Below are positions 1 to 10,733 of a DNA stretch of 64,000 bases, in pieces. The translations under genes were made by a program, and so were the position numbers. Every line of letters begins with the position of its first letter. Position 1 is the stretch's first letter. The notes under the pieces are model-generated. The model saw only the letters and a list, made by a program, of their open reading frames with translations. It ran no database searches and was not told where the DNA came from. The DNA is taken from positions 96,001-160,000 of the forward strand of contig CAVPLT010000001.1 of NCBI GenBank assembly GCA_963706325.1, written 5' to 3'. The DNA is from an uncultured Nitrospiraceae bacterium. GTDB taxonomy: Bacteria; Nitrospirota; Nitrospiria; Nitrospirales; Nitrospiraceae.

Positions 1-141
1 CCTCCGACAACTCATCAATCATCTCAACCGACTGCCTGCAACGCCGTAACCCGACTTCCAGCATGCCTGATCTTCGCCGCCGGTATCTTGTCTGCGCAGA
101 GATACTCCTTTAGTCTCCAGGGAGGGACATGCTAAGGTTGG

Positions 142-1002
142 ATGCTTATGAGCGCTGCCTCCATGCGAAGTCTCTCTGCTACCGCCCCCACGCTCGTCCT
201 CTTTCACGCGGAATGTGCGGATGGTTTCGGTGCTGCCTGGGCCATTTGGCGGCGCTACCCGAATGCTCGCTATTACGCCGTGAAACACGGGGTGGCCCCA
301 CCTCCTGACTTGGCCGGAGAACATATTGTCATCGTGGACTTCAGTTACGCACGGCCTATACTCGAAAACATTGCTCAGAGCGCAGCCAGTCTTGTCGTCC
401 TGGATCATCACATCACCGCGGAACAGACGCTGGCCGACCTGCCTTACGCATATTTTGACCTCACAAAATCAGGCGCTGTGCTGGGATGGGAATGGGCTCA
501 CGATGAGCCGGCGCCCTGGTTGTTGCGCTATATTCAGGACAAAGATTTGTGGCATTGGGCGCTACCGAACAGCCGTGAAATCAGTGCCGCCCTGGCATCG
601 TACCCATTCGACTTTGCGCTCTGGAGCAGTTTTCAGCAGCAGGAATTGGAATGGGAAGGCCGCGCGATTCTCCGCTATGAGAACGAACTCGTCGCGAAAC
701 TGGCTTCACACGCGACGATGGTGCAGTTTGAGGGTCTCATAATCCCCGCCGTTCACAGCCCGCTGCTCACCAGCCAGATCGGCGAACGACTTTCCAACGA
801 CCACCCGTTTTGCCTCATCTGGCACGACCGCAATGGACGACGATACTACAGCATGCGCTCACGCGAGGATGGCGCCGACGTGGGTTCGATTGCCGCCTCC
901 TTCGGCGGAGGAGGCCATACCCATGCCGCGGGATTCTCCATTCCGCTGCAAGCCGACGGAGCGCTCCCATCGAATCCTAGGCTCCCTCGACCAGCGCCGT
1001 AA
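142..1002 (+). CDS. DHH/DHHA1 family phosphoesterase (NrnB-like oligoribonuclease type)
   Basis: HAECADG motif I, VDFS motif II, LDHH motif III and C-terminal GGGGH DHHA1 motif; start may be ATG 148. Confidence 0.85.
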   Translation: MLMSAASMRSLSATAPTLVLFHAECADGFGAAWAIWRRYPNARYYAVKHGVAPPPDLAGEHIVIVDFSYARPILENIAQSAASLVVLDHHITAEQTLADLPYAYFDLTKSGAVLGWEWAHDEPAPWLLRYIQDKDLWHWALPNSREISAALASYPFDFALWSSFQQQELEWEGRAILRYENELVAKLASHATMVQFEGLIIPAVHSPLLTSQIGERLSNDHPFCLIWHDRNGRRYYSMRSREDGADVGSIAASFGGGGHTHAAGFSIPLQADGALPSNPRLPRPAP

Positions 1003-1026
1003 CGGCTTTCGACGATAGGTGCAGCC

Positions 1027-1731
1027 ATGTTACCCCTCAATGACGATAACCCGATCGACAGTACGCCGGTGGTGACCATCACCTTCATCATTGCCTGCTG
1101 CATGGTTTTTTTGTATCAAAGCTCTCTCCTCTTGAGCCGCGGAGAAATCTTCGTCTACCAATATGGAGCCATTCCGGCTGTGCTGTTCGGACAAGCGGCT
1201 CTCCCGCCTGAAGTCATGGCGATCCCCGCCGTGGCTACGGTGCTGACAAGCATGTTTCTGCACGGTAGCTGGATGCATCTCATCGGCAACATGTTGTATC
1301 TCTGGATCTTCGGGAACAACATCGAAGACGTGATGGGATCAGTGAAGTTTGTCATGTTCTATCTGCTGTGTGGCGCCATCGCCGCCTTCAGTCATGCCCT
1401 TACCGATCCCATATCCACAGTCCCGATGGTCGGCGCGAGCGGTGCGATTTCGGGTGTGCTTGGCGCCTATTTGCTGCTGTTTCCCCATGCCCGTGTCTTA
1501 CTGTTCGCTCCATTAATCGGGACGACCTATGTGCCGGCCGGCATCGTGCTGGGCTTTTGGTTCGTCATGCAGATCTTGAGCGGCGGAGCGAGTCTCGGAT
1601 CGCAAGGAGGAGGAGTGGCCTTCTTCGCGCACATCGGAGGGTTTGTCGCGGGGATGATCCTGATCGGATTTTTCAAACGACCAGACGTGAGGTATTTCGC
1701 GCCTGCGCGCACCTCATCTTGGCACTCCTAA
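1027..1731 (+). CDS. Rhomboid family intramembrane serine protease
   Basis: SMFLH..HLIGNM, catalytic GASG and AHIGG motifs; multiple hydrophobic helices. Confidence 0.93.
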   Translation: MLPLNDDNPIDSTPVVTITFIIACCMVFLYQSSLLLSRGEIFVYQYGAIPAVLFGQAALPPEVMAIPAVATVLTSMFLHGSWMHLIGNMLYLWIFGNNIEDVMGSVKFVMFYLLCGAIAAFSHALTDPISTVPMVGASGAISGVLGAYLLLFPHARVLLFAPLIGTTYVPAGIVLGFWFVMQILSGGASLGSQGGGVAFFAHIGGFVAGMILIGFFKRPDVRYFAPARTSSWHS

Positions 1732-1746
1732 CGTCTTACAGGCCTC

Positions 1747-3687
1747 TCACACATCCAACAATTCCCGGATCTTGCCCGCCAAGTCGTGCTGTCGATAGGG
1801 TTGCTGCAGGAAGTACTTCTTATTGACCCGATGACTCGCAATCGTCTCGTCCGAGAATCCTGACACGAACAAGGCCTTCATCTTCGGGTGCCGGAGTACG
1901 AGTCGCTTGGCCAAGTCCCGTCCGCTGATCTCGGGCATCGAGAGATGGCTCACGGTGAGATGAATGGGCCCTGCATGCTGCTGCGCCACCAACAATGCTT
2001 CCACAGCAGACCCCGCCTCCAAGACATGATAGCGATGACGGCGCAGCGTCGAGAGCGCGAGCTTCCTGGCAACTTCGTCCTCTTCCACAAGCAATACCGT
2101 CTCAGCCCCTTTCGACAATGCCTCGCTCACCACCGTCGTGTCTCGCACTGCGCCAATTCGGTCGACCTGCGGGAAATAGACGCGCACCCTCGTGCCTACC
2201 CCTGGCTGACTCTGCACCTCAACCATCCCGCCGAATTGCCTGACGATCCCATAGACCAGCGTCAGCCCCAGGCCTGTATGGGTCTCCTTCGTCGAGAAAA
2301 ACGGCTCAAACATTTGTGATTGGACATCCACGTTCATCCCGCGACCGCTATCGCTTACCGCCATCCTCGCCATGTGCTTTCGAGGATTCTTTTCCTGTTG
2401 CTCTAACGGTAGTGCCTCGCCGGTGACTACGTGAACCGCAATATGCACACGACCCCCTTCGGGCATCGCGTCCCGCGCATTTGCAACCAGATGCATCAGC
2501 ACCTGCTCCAAACGATCGTGACCGATCTCCACCAATGCCGGCGTCGCCTCGCTCTCCACCTGTAAGTCGATCTGAGGGGGAAGCAAGCTGCGAAGCGTTT
2601 CTCGCATCGCTTCAATGGACGGACCGAGTGACAGGGTATCGCGAATCGTCGTCTCATGCACCCGCAACGCCAGGAGTTGCGCCGTCAGCGTCGCCGCCCG
2701 TTCTCCGCTGCGGAAAATCTCGTCTACCGCAAGCTGCAGAGGATCGTTCGGCTTCAGCTTGGACAGGATCACGCCGGTTTCCTTCCCGATAACAGCCAGC
2801 ACTTGGTTGAATTCATGCGCAATCCTTGAAGCCAAGCGCCCGACAGCCTCGAATTTCTGGGCTTCTCGCAATTGACGCTCAAGTCCCGTTCGCTCCACCA
2901 TGCCCTGACGGATTTCCTGATTCGCGCGCGAAAGCCCTTGTTTCAACCCTTGGACTTTAGTTTCGAGTTGGGTCCGGCGCTCCTCGAGCGCCTGTTCAGA
3001 CTGTTTCAATCCCTGCACATTTTCTTCTAAAGAACGATTGCGGCGGCGTTCCGTGGCGACAGTCTCCAGCGTCAACCCATAAAACACCGCCATGATCAGC
3101 AATACCGGGATACCCAGTAGATGCCCGACGGACAAGGTTCCCGCCTGCATGGCATGTTCGTACACCAACACACCATAGCCGGCGCAGATCACCAGCGAGA
3201 GGCCGAGCAACTGTTTGAGTGAAGGAACGGAGGAGGCAATCAATACGAGGAGGAAATAGGTCACATACAATTCAGAGCTGGCGTTCCCCGAAAGATAAAT
3301 CGTCCCTGTGACCAACACCGTGTTGATGCTAATGAGCGCGCCTGGAAACCACTTGCGATCGAGAAGTTGGCGTGGCAAAAGCATGATCCCGCAACTGATC
3401 AAGAGCAGGCCGACCGCCACCATTCGGCTCACAACATGCCCGAATATGGTCTCGTCACTGACCACGAGTTCGTAACATAGAATCCCGACGACGAGACTCT
3501 GCAGAAATATGGTGCGCGATCGAGGATGATTTAGGAACCGGCCCACCCCTCGCCTGCTTGAGTGCCGCCCGGTTTGGTCGAGATCTGAAGATGAAGGCGA
3601 AATGTGCACCACCGCTCCTGCCTTATGACTGATGGAGAGACCAGGCCTGAAGTCAGCAATTTTTGTACCTTCTCCAGTGTGCGCCAA
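1747..3687 (-). CDS. Membrane-bound hybrid sensor histidine kinase with atypical C-terminal receiver
   Basis: N-terminal TM helices, coiled coil, H-box AHEFNQ, NARDAM, DSGRGM, FEPFFSTK, GLGL, then receiver fold; start codon uncertain. Confidence 0.88.
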   Translation of the reverse strand: MAHTGEGTKIADFRPGLSISHKAGAVVHISPSSSDLDQTGRHSSRRGVGRFLNHPRSRTIFLQSLVVGILCYELVVSDETIFGHVVSRMVAVGLLLISCGIMLLPRQLLDRKWFPGALISINTVLVTGTIYLSGNASSELYVTYFLLVLIASSVPSLKQLLGLSLVICAGYGVLVYEHAMQAGTLSVGHLLGIPVLLIMAVFYGLTLETVATERRRNRSLEENVQGLKQSEQALEERRTQLETKVQGLKQGLSRANQEIRQGMVERTGLERQLREAQKFEAVGRLASRIAHEFNQVLAVIGKETGVILSKLKPNDPLQLAVDEIFRSGERAATLTAQLLALRVHETTIRDTLSLGPSIEAMRETLRSLLPPQIDLQVESEATPALVEIGHDRLEQVLMHLVANARDAMPEGGRVHIAVHVVTGEALPLEQQEKNPRKHMARMAVSDSGRGMNVDVQSQMFEPFFSTKETHTGLGLTLVYGIVRQFGGMVEVQSQPGVGTRVRVYFPQVDRIGAVRDTTVVSEALSKGAETVLLVEEDEVARKLALSTLRRHRYHVLEAGSAVEALLVAQQHAGPIHLTVSHLSMPEISGRDLAKRLVLRHPKMKALFVSGFSDETIASHRVNKKYFLQQPYRQHDLAGKIRELLDV

Positions 3688-3852
3688 GTCATCGCATTAT
3701 CACGCGTGCCTACAAACTGCGGTCCCGCGAGGCACCACAACGCTCACAGCCCCTCACAAAAATGAACGGCTCCCACATACGACTCCGCCAAGAGACGCGA
3801 ATGGAGAAGACCGCGAGCGGCAAAGAGCAAATATGGTATGGGGGCTATTCCC

Positions 3853-5019
3853 TTACGGATGCAGCAGGGGGTAGCGCGATCGGAAGGCGGTTGCTTTCGC
3901 GAGGGCCTCAGCGCCGGTCGAGGCAAGAAATGTGATATGACCCATTTTTCGTTTTGATCGGGTGACTCGCTTGCCATACAGGTGGAGTACTGCGCCAGGC
4001 TCGCGCAGCAGATCTTGCGCGGCCGGTGATGTGGTGACGAGTGCTACGTCATCGCCGATTAGGTTGAGCATGACGGCGGCACTGAGCAACCGCACTTCCC
4101 CTAGGGGCTGACCACACAAAGCCCGCACCTGCTGTTCGAATTGAGATACCGTACAGGCATCCAATGAATAGTGGCCAGAATTATGAGGCCGGGGCGCCAC
4201 CTCATTGATCAGCAGCCGGCCATCTCTCATCACAAATAGTTCGACGCAGAAGACTCCCACTCCATCCAATGCCTTCACCGCCCGTCGAGCCATCGCCGCA
4301 GCCTGTTCTGCGATAGTTGTCGGCACATCCGCCGGCACTGTCGATTGGCGCAGTATCCCGTCCTCATGAATGTTTTCGACGACTGGATAGGTTCGCATCG
4401 CTCCGTCGGCGCCTCGAACGACCAGAATGGACACCTCGCGTCCGAAAGAAAGGTATTCTTCAAGAATCCAGCGCAAACCCGGCCTCATTGCGCGAATGAG
4501 GTCCAGCTGCACCGCGGCGCAATCCTCCGCGCGATCAATTTTCCATTGGCCTTTCCCGTCATACCCTGCAGTGGAGGTCTTGCAGATCAGGGGGTAGTGG
4601 AGGGCAGTTTGTCGGCTGAGCTCCTCCGGTAACGAGATGCCATAAAATGCCGGCACCGTCAGCCCATGACTCTGCAGAAATGTTTTTTGCTCGATCCGAT
4701 CTTGGATCACGCGCAAGACGTGACTCGACGGTCGAAGCGGGACCGAGCGCTCCAACTGTTCACAGAGCTCGCTCGGCACATTCTCCCACTCATATGTGAC
4801 GGCGCGAACACGCTGCAGGAAATCGTGGCGGGCCGCCACGTCTGAGAATGGCTCCAGCAGCGAGTAATCCGCCAGTCGATGGGCAGGCGCGTCGGCATCG
4901 GGATCCCACACCGCAATCTCATATCCCATGCGCCGGGCTGCGGCGGCGAACATGGCGCCCAGTTGCCCTCCTCCGAGGACACCCAGGGTCGCTCCGGACT
5001 CGATGACCGGCAGGCTCAC
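3853..5019 (-). CDS. purK: N5-carboxyaminoimidazole ribonucleotide synthase
   Basis: [36 protein letters not shown]; overlaps purE stop. Confidence 0.96.
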   Translation of the reverse strand: MSLPVIESGATLGVLGGGQLGAMFAAAARRMGYEIAVWDPDADAPAHRLADYSLLEPFSDVAARHDFLQRVRAVTYEWENVPSELCEQLERSVPLRPSSHVLRVIQDRIEQKTFLQSHGLTVPAFYGISLPEELSRQTALHYPLICKTSTAGYDGKGQWKIDRAEDCAAVQLDLIRAMRPGLRWILEEYLSFGREVSILVVRGADGAMRTYPVVENIHEDGILRQSTVPADVPTTIAEQAAAMARRAVKALDGVGVFCVELFVMRDGRLLINEVAPRPHNSGHYSLDACTVSQFEQQVRALCGQPLGEVRLLSAAVMLNLIGDDVALVTTSPAAQDLLREPGAVLHLYGKRVTRSKRKMGHITFLASTGAEALAKATAFRSRYPLLHP

Positions 5020-5570
5020 GATCGACGGCTCGGCTTCGGATTTCGTGTCGTCACAAAGGCCGGAGACAAACGGGCGTCATCTTGTGAATCCAGCACCGAC
5101 TGCGTTTGGGAGGCACGGAACTGCTCCACGCGCTGTCGAATCTTCGCCGACCGCAATCCAAGGATCTGCGCGGCAAGGAGGGCGGCATTTTCTGCGCCGC
5201 CGATGGCGACGGTCGCAACCGGAATGCCTCGAGGCATTTGCACGATCGACAGTAATGAGTCCAATCCACGGAGGTTTTCAGTAGGAATTGGAACCCCGAT
5301 CACGGGCAGGGAGGTCTTCGCGGCCAACATTCCGGGCAGATGAGCCGCGCCTCCCGCTCCGCCGATAATGACCTGAATACCTCGCTCCGATGCCTGTTCC
5401 GCATATGCAAAGAGGCGATCTGGAGTTCGATGGGCGGAGACCACCAGCAATTCGTTGGGAATCCCTAGCTGATTCAGCATGGCGACGGCCTTCTCGAGGA
5501 TGGGGAAATCCGACGTGCTCCCACCTAGCACACCCACCAAGGGCCGGACCGCTGTATTGTTGTTGGCCAT
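5016..5570 (-). CDS. purE: N5-carboxyaminoimidazole ribonucleotide mutase
   Basis: [32 protein letters not shown]; start trimmed to ATG 5570 (MANNN). Confidence 0.96.
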   Translation of the reverse strand: MANNNTAVRPLVGVLGGSTSDFPILEKAVAMLNQLGIPNELLVVSAHRTPDRLFAYAEQASERGIQVIIGGAGGAAHLPGMLAAKTSLPVIGVPIPTENLRGLDSLLSIVQMPRGIPVATVAIGGAENAALLAAQILGLRSAKIRQRVEQFRASQTQSVLDSQDDARLSPAFVTTRNPKPSRRS

Positions 5571-5695
5571 ACGCGGCCCTACCTTTCTAAAAAACATTTG
5601 GAACGGGGCAAACCTTAGCCGTTCTCTTGCAGAAGGGTCAAGCGCTCCACCGGAGAAAGCCATCATTGAATTGACCAAGTCCTCAATAATCCTCT

Positions 5696-7180
5696 ATGAT
5701 AAACATCACTTTCGTAGAGTCGGCTGTGCTCGGAGGGGGAGACGTGCAGCGCATCCGTGAGGGGCTCAAGACTAGGCTTCGCTCTCTCGTGACCCAGCGC
5801 ACCGGACTGGACGAAATGGCTGTCGATGACCTCGCGACATCGACGAAATTGCGCTCCTGGGAAGCCGTTCAAATTCCCGAGCGACTCCGTTTTTCTTCCA
5901 GGCTGGCCATTCTCTTGGTCGGGCTCTTCATGCTGATCGTCGCCTTCGTTCCCTGGACCCAAACCATCACGGTCACCGGCCAGCTTTCCGCCTATACACC
6001 GTTCGACCGACCGCAAGACATCGAAGCGCAAATCACCGGCCGTATCAAGAAGTGGCACATTTTCGAAGGCGTGCGGGTGAAAGCCGGCGACGTGATTCTC
6101 GAACTCGACGACTACGACCCGAATTTCATGGCGCCGGACCTGCTTGGATTGCTCGAACAGCGCAAGAAGGCGCTGGAAGACACCCGTAAGGCCGCGCTGA
6201 GTCGCGCCGACCAGCTGGATAAGCGTATTAAAGAAATGCAGAACCTCGTGAAGGCCGCAGTCCCGTCGGCAGGCGCTCGCGTGCAGGAAGCGGACAGTAA
6301 GATTCGAGAGGCCTATCAAAAAGTCGAGGTCGCAAAAATTTCGGTTGCGACGGCCGAGCTGAATGTCGATCGGCACAAACAACTTGTCGATCAAGGGCTC
6401 GTCTCGCAGCGTGAGTTGGAAGTCAGCATTCAACAGGCCATCGCTTCAAAGGCGGACCTGGGCGCCGCGCAAGCCAATTTGAAGGCTGCCGAACAGTCGA
6501 TGAAAGCGTCGAGCTTCGGACAGGCTCAGATCAGCGCTGAAGTCCTTCAACGCCTCCTCGAAGCGGAAGCCGCGCGGGACGCATCGATTGGAGAAGCGGC
6601 GCGAGCCTCGGATCAAGTGGCCGACGTCTCCTTGCGACTCTCGAACGCCAACCAACGCCGTGTGGCCGGCCGCATTCTGTCACCGATCGATGGAACCGTT
6701 GTGAAGATGGCCCAGGCCGGCGCGGGGGAAACCGTGCGGCCGGGGGATAAGCTGGTCAAAATTTCCCCGACCAGCATGGACAAGGCCATCGAAATGGTCG
6801 CCGACGGAATTGATGCACCGTTACTCAATGTCGGACGGAAGGTCAAGATTCTCTTCTATGGAATTCCAGCCATCCCATTGCCGGCATGGCCGGAAATGAT
6901 GGCCGGTACCTACAACGGTGTCATTAAAGTCGTCGACCAGGTGGACGATGGGAAAGGCAACTTCCGCTTTTGGGTTGTCCCTGACTTGGAAGAACGCCCA
7001 TGGCCTCCACAAGAACATGTACGCCAAGGCACCAAAACCATGGGGTGGGTCATCCTCAACCGTGTCCCGCTCTGGTATGAGCTGTGGCGCCGATTCAACC
7101 TCTTTCCACCGGATTACCAGGAACGGCCCCCGAGTTTGATCGATACACTCTTGCCGAAAGCCGGACGCGGGGCCAAATAA
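5696..7180 (+). CDS. HlyD-family membrane fusion/periplasmic adaptor protein
   Basis: Single TM then VPWTQT, split lipoyl-like halves (AQITGRI...EG..VKAGD; SPIDGTV) around a long coiled coil; true start may be GTG near 5744. Confidence 0.88.
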   Translation: MINITFVESAVLGGGDVQRIREGLKTRLRSLVTQRTGLDEMAVDDLATSTKLRSWEAVQIPERLRFSSRLAILLVGLFMLIVAFVPWTQTITVTGQLSAYTPFDRPQDIEAQITGRIKKWHIFEGVRVKAGDVILELDDYDPNFMAPDLLGLLEQRKKALEDTRKAALSRADQLDKRIKEMQNLVKAAVPSAGARVQEADSKIREAYQKVEVAKISVATAELNVDRHKQLVDQGLVSQRELEVSIQQAIASKADLGAAQANLKAAEQSMKASSFGQAQISAEVLQRLLEAEAARDASIGEAARASDQVADVSLRLSNANQRRVAGRILSPIDGTVVKMAQAGAGETVRPGDKLVKISPTSMDKAIEMVADGIDAPLLNVGRKVKILFYGIPAIPLPAWPEMMAGTYNGVIKVVDQVDDGKGNFRFWVVPDLEERPWPPQEHVRQGTKTMGWVILNRVPLWYELWRRFNLFPPDYQERPPSLIDTLLPKAGRGAK

Positions 7181-7257
7181 CGCATTTCCCCTTGTCCGGC
7201 ACTTAAGCCAGAGCGCCCCAGCCTTCGATTTCTACGCTCGACTGGACTCTGAAAGGA

Positions 7258-8757
7258 GTGCGCCTCATGAAAAAAACCGCGTGGGTGTTGATGATCGCAA
7301 CCTGTGCACTCTGCTGGCTGCCGGGTGGTAGCGTGGCAGCAGACGACACCGTCAAATCCAGACCTCTTTTGCCGATTCCACTTTCATTGAATGAAGTCCT
7401 TGCATGGATTGATCGGTCGCATCCGCTGCTGAAAGGAGCCGGCACGGAAAAGGTTTCCGCCCGTGGGAAAATGCTCAAAGCCCTTGGCGCCTTCGAGCCT
7501 ATCCTGGTCAATGACACCGAGATCGAGCGATTTATCGATAAGGGCACGACCCACACGCAAAGCGGGGGATTCAACGATACTTTGATCGAAGCCCGCACCC
7601 CTTTCGGCTTTCGAGGCAGCGCGGGATTCCGCCAAGCGATCGGTGACGCGAAGATTCCCGACCTCTCCTTTGGAAACGGAAGTCAACAGGTCCTCCTCGG
7701 CGGGTTTCTGCCTCTGCTCAGAGGGCTCATGGTCAATCCTGAGAACGCCGAACTCCAACGCTCCGAGCTGGCTGATCCTCGTGCCGAGGTGAAGATCTCG
7801 CAAACCAGACAGGATTTATTTCTGGCCGCCGCGACCCAGTTCTGGGATTGGGTGTCTACGACCAAATTCGTGGATGTGCAACGACGAGCGGTCGGGGTCG
7901 CGGAGGAACGGCTGAGGCAAGTGGAGGGCAGAGCCAAAGCCGGAGCGGTCGCGCCGCTCGACGTGGTTGAAGCCAACCAGGAAGTCCAGCGACGGCGCGA
8001 AGTCGCCATTGCGGCCCAACGAGCCGTGGAGCAAGAGCAGTATAAAATGTCGATGTTCCTCTGGGAAAACCAGACGCCGACCGCGCCGCAATTCGACCGG
8101 GCACCGGATTTTCCTCCCCCGACTGCTGTCCCAACGGCGGAGATCGTCAAAGCGGACAAGCTGCAAGCCAAAACCGATCGCCCGGAAATTCGTGAAGTCG
8201 ATATCGAAGCCAAGGTGAACAATATCGATTTGGAATTGGCCAAGAACAATCTCCTGCCCAGTCTCGACTTGGAGGCGGCACCGGCGCGATCCCCAGAAAA
8301 ATTCGTCCTCGGGCTCGGCTACCGATTTGGAGTCGAATTGCGCGTGCCGCTTCTTCAGCGGAGGGGCCGGGGTGAAGTGCTGGAGGCCCAAGCACAGGCC
8401 GATCGGCTGGTCCTGGTTCAGAAGTACCGAGAGCAGCAAGTCGTCGTGGATGTCGACAATGCGCTCTCGGCGATCGAACGGGCAAAGGAGCGGGTCGCCG
8501 CCGCCTCGGAATCCCTCCGCATGGCCAGGACTCTTGAGGAGGGTGAGCGATTTCGTTTCAGCCTGGGTGCCACGAGCGTGCTATTTGTGAACCTGCGCGA
8601 ACGGAATTCCGTCGATTCGGAGATGCAGCTGTTTCGTGCGAAAGCAGACTACCAGAAAGCCCTGGCCCTCTATCAATGGGCGACCGGCACTTGGGCTCGA
8701 AGTCAGCCGTCTTCCGTACCGGTCAACTACCGGATTGGCGCAAGCTTCTCCAAATAG
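7258..8757 (+). CDS. TolC-family outer membrane efflux protein
   Basis: Signal peptide, LPSLDL, RFSLGATSVLFVNLRE repeat motif typical of outer membrane efflux proteins; adjacent to HlyD and ABC genes. Confidence 0.88.
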   Translation: MRLMKKTAWVLMIATCALCWLPGGSVAADDTVKSRPLLPIPLSLNEVLAWIDRSHPLLKGAGTEKVSARGKMLKALGAFEPILVNDTEIERFIDKGTTHTQSGGFNDTLIEARTPFGFRGSAGFRQAIGDAKIPDLSFGNGSQQVLLGGFLPLLRGLMVNPENAELQRSELADPRAEVKISQTRQDLFLAAATQFWDWVSTTKFVDVQRRAVGVAEERLRQVEGRAKAGAVAPLDVVEANQEVQRRREVAIAAQRAVEQEQYKMSMFLWENQTPTAPQFDRAPDFPPPTAVPTAEIVKADKLQAKTDRPEIREVDIEAKVNNIDLELAKNNLLPSLDLEAAPARSPEKFVLGLGYRFGVELRVPLLQRRGRGEVLEAQAQADRLVLVQKYREQQVVVDVDNALSAIERAKERVAAASESLRMARTLEEGERFRFSLGATSVLFVNLRERNSVDSEMQLFRAKADYQKALALYQWATGTWARSQPSSVPVNYRIGASFSK

Positions 8758-8870
8758 TGGCATTTTGCAGACCGCTCTGATAGGGTTTAACGTAACATGG
8801 AAGCCCTTGCAGGGGGCTTCCATCAACGACTTGAGACTCCTCTCGCCAAGTCCCGGCAGGGATAGCGCCA

Positions 8871-10538
8871 ATGGCCGAAGACCATTCCGATCAACAGGTC
8901 AATCTGTTTCAAACGGTGGTCGGCCATCTCGGGCTCCTGTTCCGCATGGAACGGCGGATCCTCGGGCTCATTTTTTCCTACTCGATCGCCATCGGCCTGT
9001 TTGCGCTCATTGTTCCCCTCACCGTCCAGGAACTCGTCAACACCTTTGCGTTTGCACTCCAACCCATCACCATCGTCACCCTCGCAGTGGTCATGGTGGC
9101 AGCCCTCTTATTCGTCGGAGCCTTCCGGGCGTTGCAATATTACGCCGTGGAGGTGCTCGAACGCCGCATTTTTGCCCGTGTCGCCATTGCCATGGCCCAA
9201 CAACTCCCCCATTTGCGCTACCAGGGGTTCAAGCCCCGTTACGCGAACATCTTCATCGAAACCATCCTGATGCAACGGGCGGTGTCGGTGCTGCTGGTCG
9301 ACCTGATCAACGTTATTGTGGGCGGCGCAGTGGGCATGACCATTCTGGTGTTCTACCACCCCTATTTCCTGCTGTATAACGCCATCTTGCTCGTAGGCTT
9401 CAACGTGGTCTTTTTCCTGATGAGTCATGGCGGCCTCAAGGCCGACATGGATCTCTCCCATGCCAAATACGACACGTTGCACTGGTTTCAAGAAATTGCT
9501 TACAACCTGCTGCACTTCAAATCGACCGACAGCCAGACGCTCCTGATCAACAAGACAGATCAGCTGTTGGATACGTACATGAGCGTGCGCAGAACACGGT
9601 TCGGAGTGCTGATCCGACAGTATCTGGGATCCTTGGGATGGCAAGCCATTGCGCACAGCGGGATGATCGCGACCGCCGGCTGGCTGCTTGGGATCGGACA
9701 ATTGACACTCGGACAATTTGTCGCCGCTGAAGTGGTGCTCAGCGGGATTTTATCGAGCTTCGACGGCGTGGTGAAGCGGATGGGACATATCTACTATTTC
9801 CTGACTGCATTGACTGAACTGAATTTTTTGTTCTCGCTACCCAAAGACCAGGATACCGCGACCCTTTCCATTCCGCTTCCCGACCCCACGGTCCACGGCA
9901 TTCGAGTCACCTGTAAGGATTTGACGTTCGCCATCCCCGGCGGGCCGGCCGTATTCGAGCATTTCAATCTGGAGGTCACACCCGGAGAAAAAGTCGGTAT
10001 TTTTGCAGAGACCACAAAGGCCAAAACCGTGCTGGCCCGGGTACTGGGCGGCTTAGACTCTCCTACCTCTGGTGTCATCCGGTATAACGGTGTCGACCTT
10101 CGACATCTCAACCTCGATTCCGTCAATCGGTTCAGAGGGTTCATTCTGGATTCACAGCTGTCGCTCTTCGAAGGAACCCTGGAAGAAAACATCGTGCTGG
10201 GGCGGGACTACATCCCCTACAGCGACGTACGCTGGGCGCTCCGTTTTACCGAGCTTGAAGAGGAGGTCGATGCGCTGCCCCACGGCCTTAAAACTCACAT
10301 CCGGAACACCGGCAAGATTTTCGCGCCGACCCACATCGTGCGCATTCTAGTCGCGCGGGCTATTCTGGGACGGCCGCAACTCCTCATTTTCGAGGGCATT
10401 CTTCACAATATTCCCCCGGCGATGCGTGAAACGATTCTCAGGCGCCTCTGCAGCAAGGAGGAACCGTGGTCTGTGATCTTTGTTTCCAATGATCCCAATC
10501 TGACCGCACATGTCGACCGACGCATCATGCTGAACTAG
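8871..10538 (+). CDS. ABC exporter half-transporter (TMD+NBD) with degenerate ATPase motifs
   Basis: Six-TM exporter domain, GQLTLGQFVAAE, LFEGTLEENI; Walker A, signature, Walker B and H-loop all non-canonical. Confidence 0.85.
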   Translation: MAEDHSDQQVNLFQTVVGHLGLLFRMERRILGLIFSYSIAIGLFALIVPLTVQELVNTFAFALQPITIVTLAVVMVAALLFVGAFRALQYYAVEVLERRIFARVAIAMAQQLPHLRYQGFKPRYANIFIETILMQRAVSVLLVDLINVIVGGAVGMTILVFYHPYFLLYNAILLVGFNVVFFLMSHGGLKADMDLSHAKYDTLHWFQEIAYNLLHFKSTDSQTLLINKTDQLLDTYMSVRRTRFGVLIRQYLGSLGWQAIAHSGMIATAGWLLGIGQLTLGQFVAAEVVLSGILSSFDGVVKRMGHIYYFLTALTELNFLFSLPKDQDTATLSIPLPDPTVHGIRVTCKDLTFAIPGGPAVFEHFNLEVTPGEKVGIFAETTKAKTVLARVLGGLDSPTSGVIRYNGVDLRHLNLDSVNRFRGFILDSQLSLFEGTLEENIVLGRDYIPYSDVRWALRFTELEEEVDALPHGLKTHIRNTGKIFAPTHIVRILVARAILGRPQLLIFEGILHNIPPAMRETILRRLCSKEEPWSVIFVSNDPNLTAHVDRRIMLN

Positions 10539-10733
10539 CAGAACACGTCCGGCATCTTCGGTCTCCCGCTAAGCCTGGCCTTATGTCGTTCTGATCTCAA
10601 CTCTGACTCCCTGCTTCCAGTCCGATCAGATCTCTTTTCCCATCGAAGTCAAAAGCCGGGCGAGCCGCGATCTTGACAGACATCACGCAATTGCTCAGAC
10701 TGCGCTCCTCAGGAAGCCGACACGAGCACTCGG

